64,000 nucleotides of DNA. It comes from an uncultured Gammaproteobacteria bacterium. Its GTDB lineage: Bacteria; Pseudomonadota; Gammaproteobacteria; CAWCPV01. How positions within the stretch are numbered: position 1 is the first letter of the stretch; the number at the start of each line of letters is the position of its first letter. Positions 63,699-64,000 of the stretch are shown here, piece by piece. The position numbers were made by a program, and so were the translations under genes. Where the stretch lies: assembly GCA_963797555.1 (NCBI GenBank), contig CAWCPV010000010.1:64001-128000 (forward strand), written 5' to 3'. The notes below the pieces were generated by a model that did no database searches, was not told the DNA's origin, and saw only the letters and a list, made by a program, of their open reading frames with translations.

Positions 63699-64000
63699 AT
63701 GGCCATCGCGAAGGCGCTGAAGACTTACCTAGATGCTCATGCAGTCAAGTACGATCTGGTGCCCCATCCGCGCACTGTGTCCAGCATGAAGACTGCCGAG
63801 GCGGCTCACGTTCCCGGCGATAGGCTGGCCAAAGCGGTGGTCCTCAGGGACGAACAAGGCTACCTGATGGCGGTGGTACCGTCCACGCACCACCTGGACC
63901 TCAGCATGGTCCACCGCCAACTGAACCGCAGGCTGGGACTCGCCACCGAGCAAGAACTACGCGAGCTGTTTCCGGATACCGACGTTGGGGCCGTGCCTCC
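63699..64000 (+). CDS. YbaK/EbsC-family aminoacyl-tRNA editing protein (partial, runs off the window end)
   Basis: GGAGGAG RBS; manual translation MAIAKALKDYL...LAKAVVL...LATEQELRELFPDTDVGAVP. Confidence 0.85.
   Translation, partial: MAIAKALKTYLDAHAVKYDLVPHPRTVSSMKTAEAAHVPGDRLAKAVVLRDEQGYLMAVVPSTHHLDLSMVHRQLNRRLGLATEQELRELFPDTDVGAVP

Noticed and set aside
1-64000. tRNA, rRNA, CRISPR array, transposase or prophage genes
   Set aside because: None were recognised by eye in the intergenic regions or ORFs; a covariance-model scan would be needed to exclude small RNAs.

Overview
GC-rich gammaproteobacterial chromosome segment (Chromatiales-like, inferred from gene order). Most of it is core genome: the nadB / rpoE-rseABC-mucD-lepA-lepB-rnc-era-recO-pdxJ-cysM block, sdhCDAB-sdhE-ygfX divergent from ygfZ, glyQS-gmhB-plsC, uvrD, mrcB plus a TPR lipoprotein, nadA, dnaE-accA-tilS, relA, yjbQ and a partial ybaK-family gene. 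I saw no rRNA, tRNA, CRISPR array, transposase or integrase. At least eight genes carry single-base indels, mostly in short homopolymers, which most likely reflect long-read assembly error. The most interesting parts are: (1) a ~915-aa secreted 9-CxxCH multiheme cytochrome behind a perfect TGTGA-N6-TCACA box at exact class II (-41.5) geometry, next to a Crp/Fnr regulator and followed by a decayed CcP/MauG peroxidase remnant; (2) an ~830-bp relA-yjbQ intergenic region with a DARS-like DnaA-box triad and an IHF consensus site; (3) a c-di-GMP cassette (PAS/GAF-GGDEF-EAL, orphan deformylase, ODP-like di-iron/GGDEF fusion); (4) an ACP-FAAL-acyltransferase / KAP NTPase / RHH-like / thermonuclease cluster; (5) an IscR-like box before nadA. 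All calls come from reading motifs by eye; no database searches were run.
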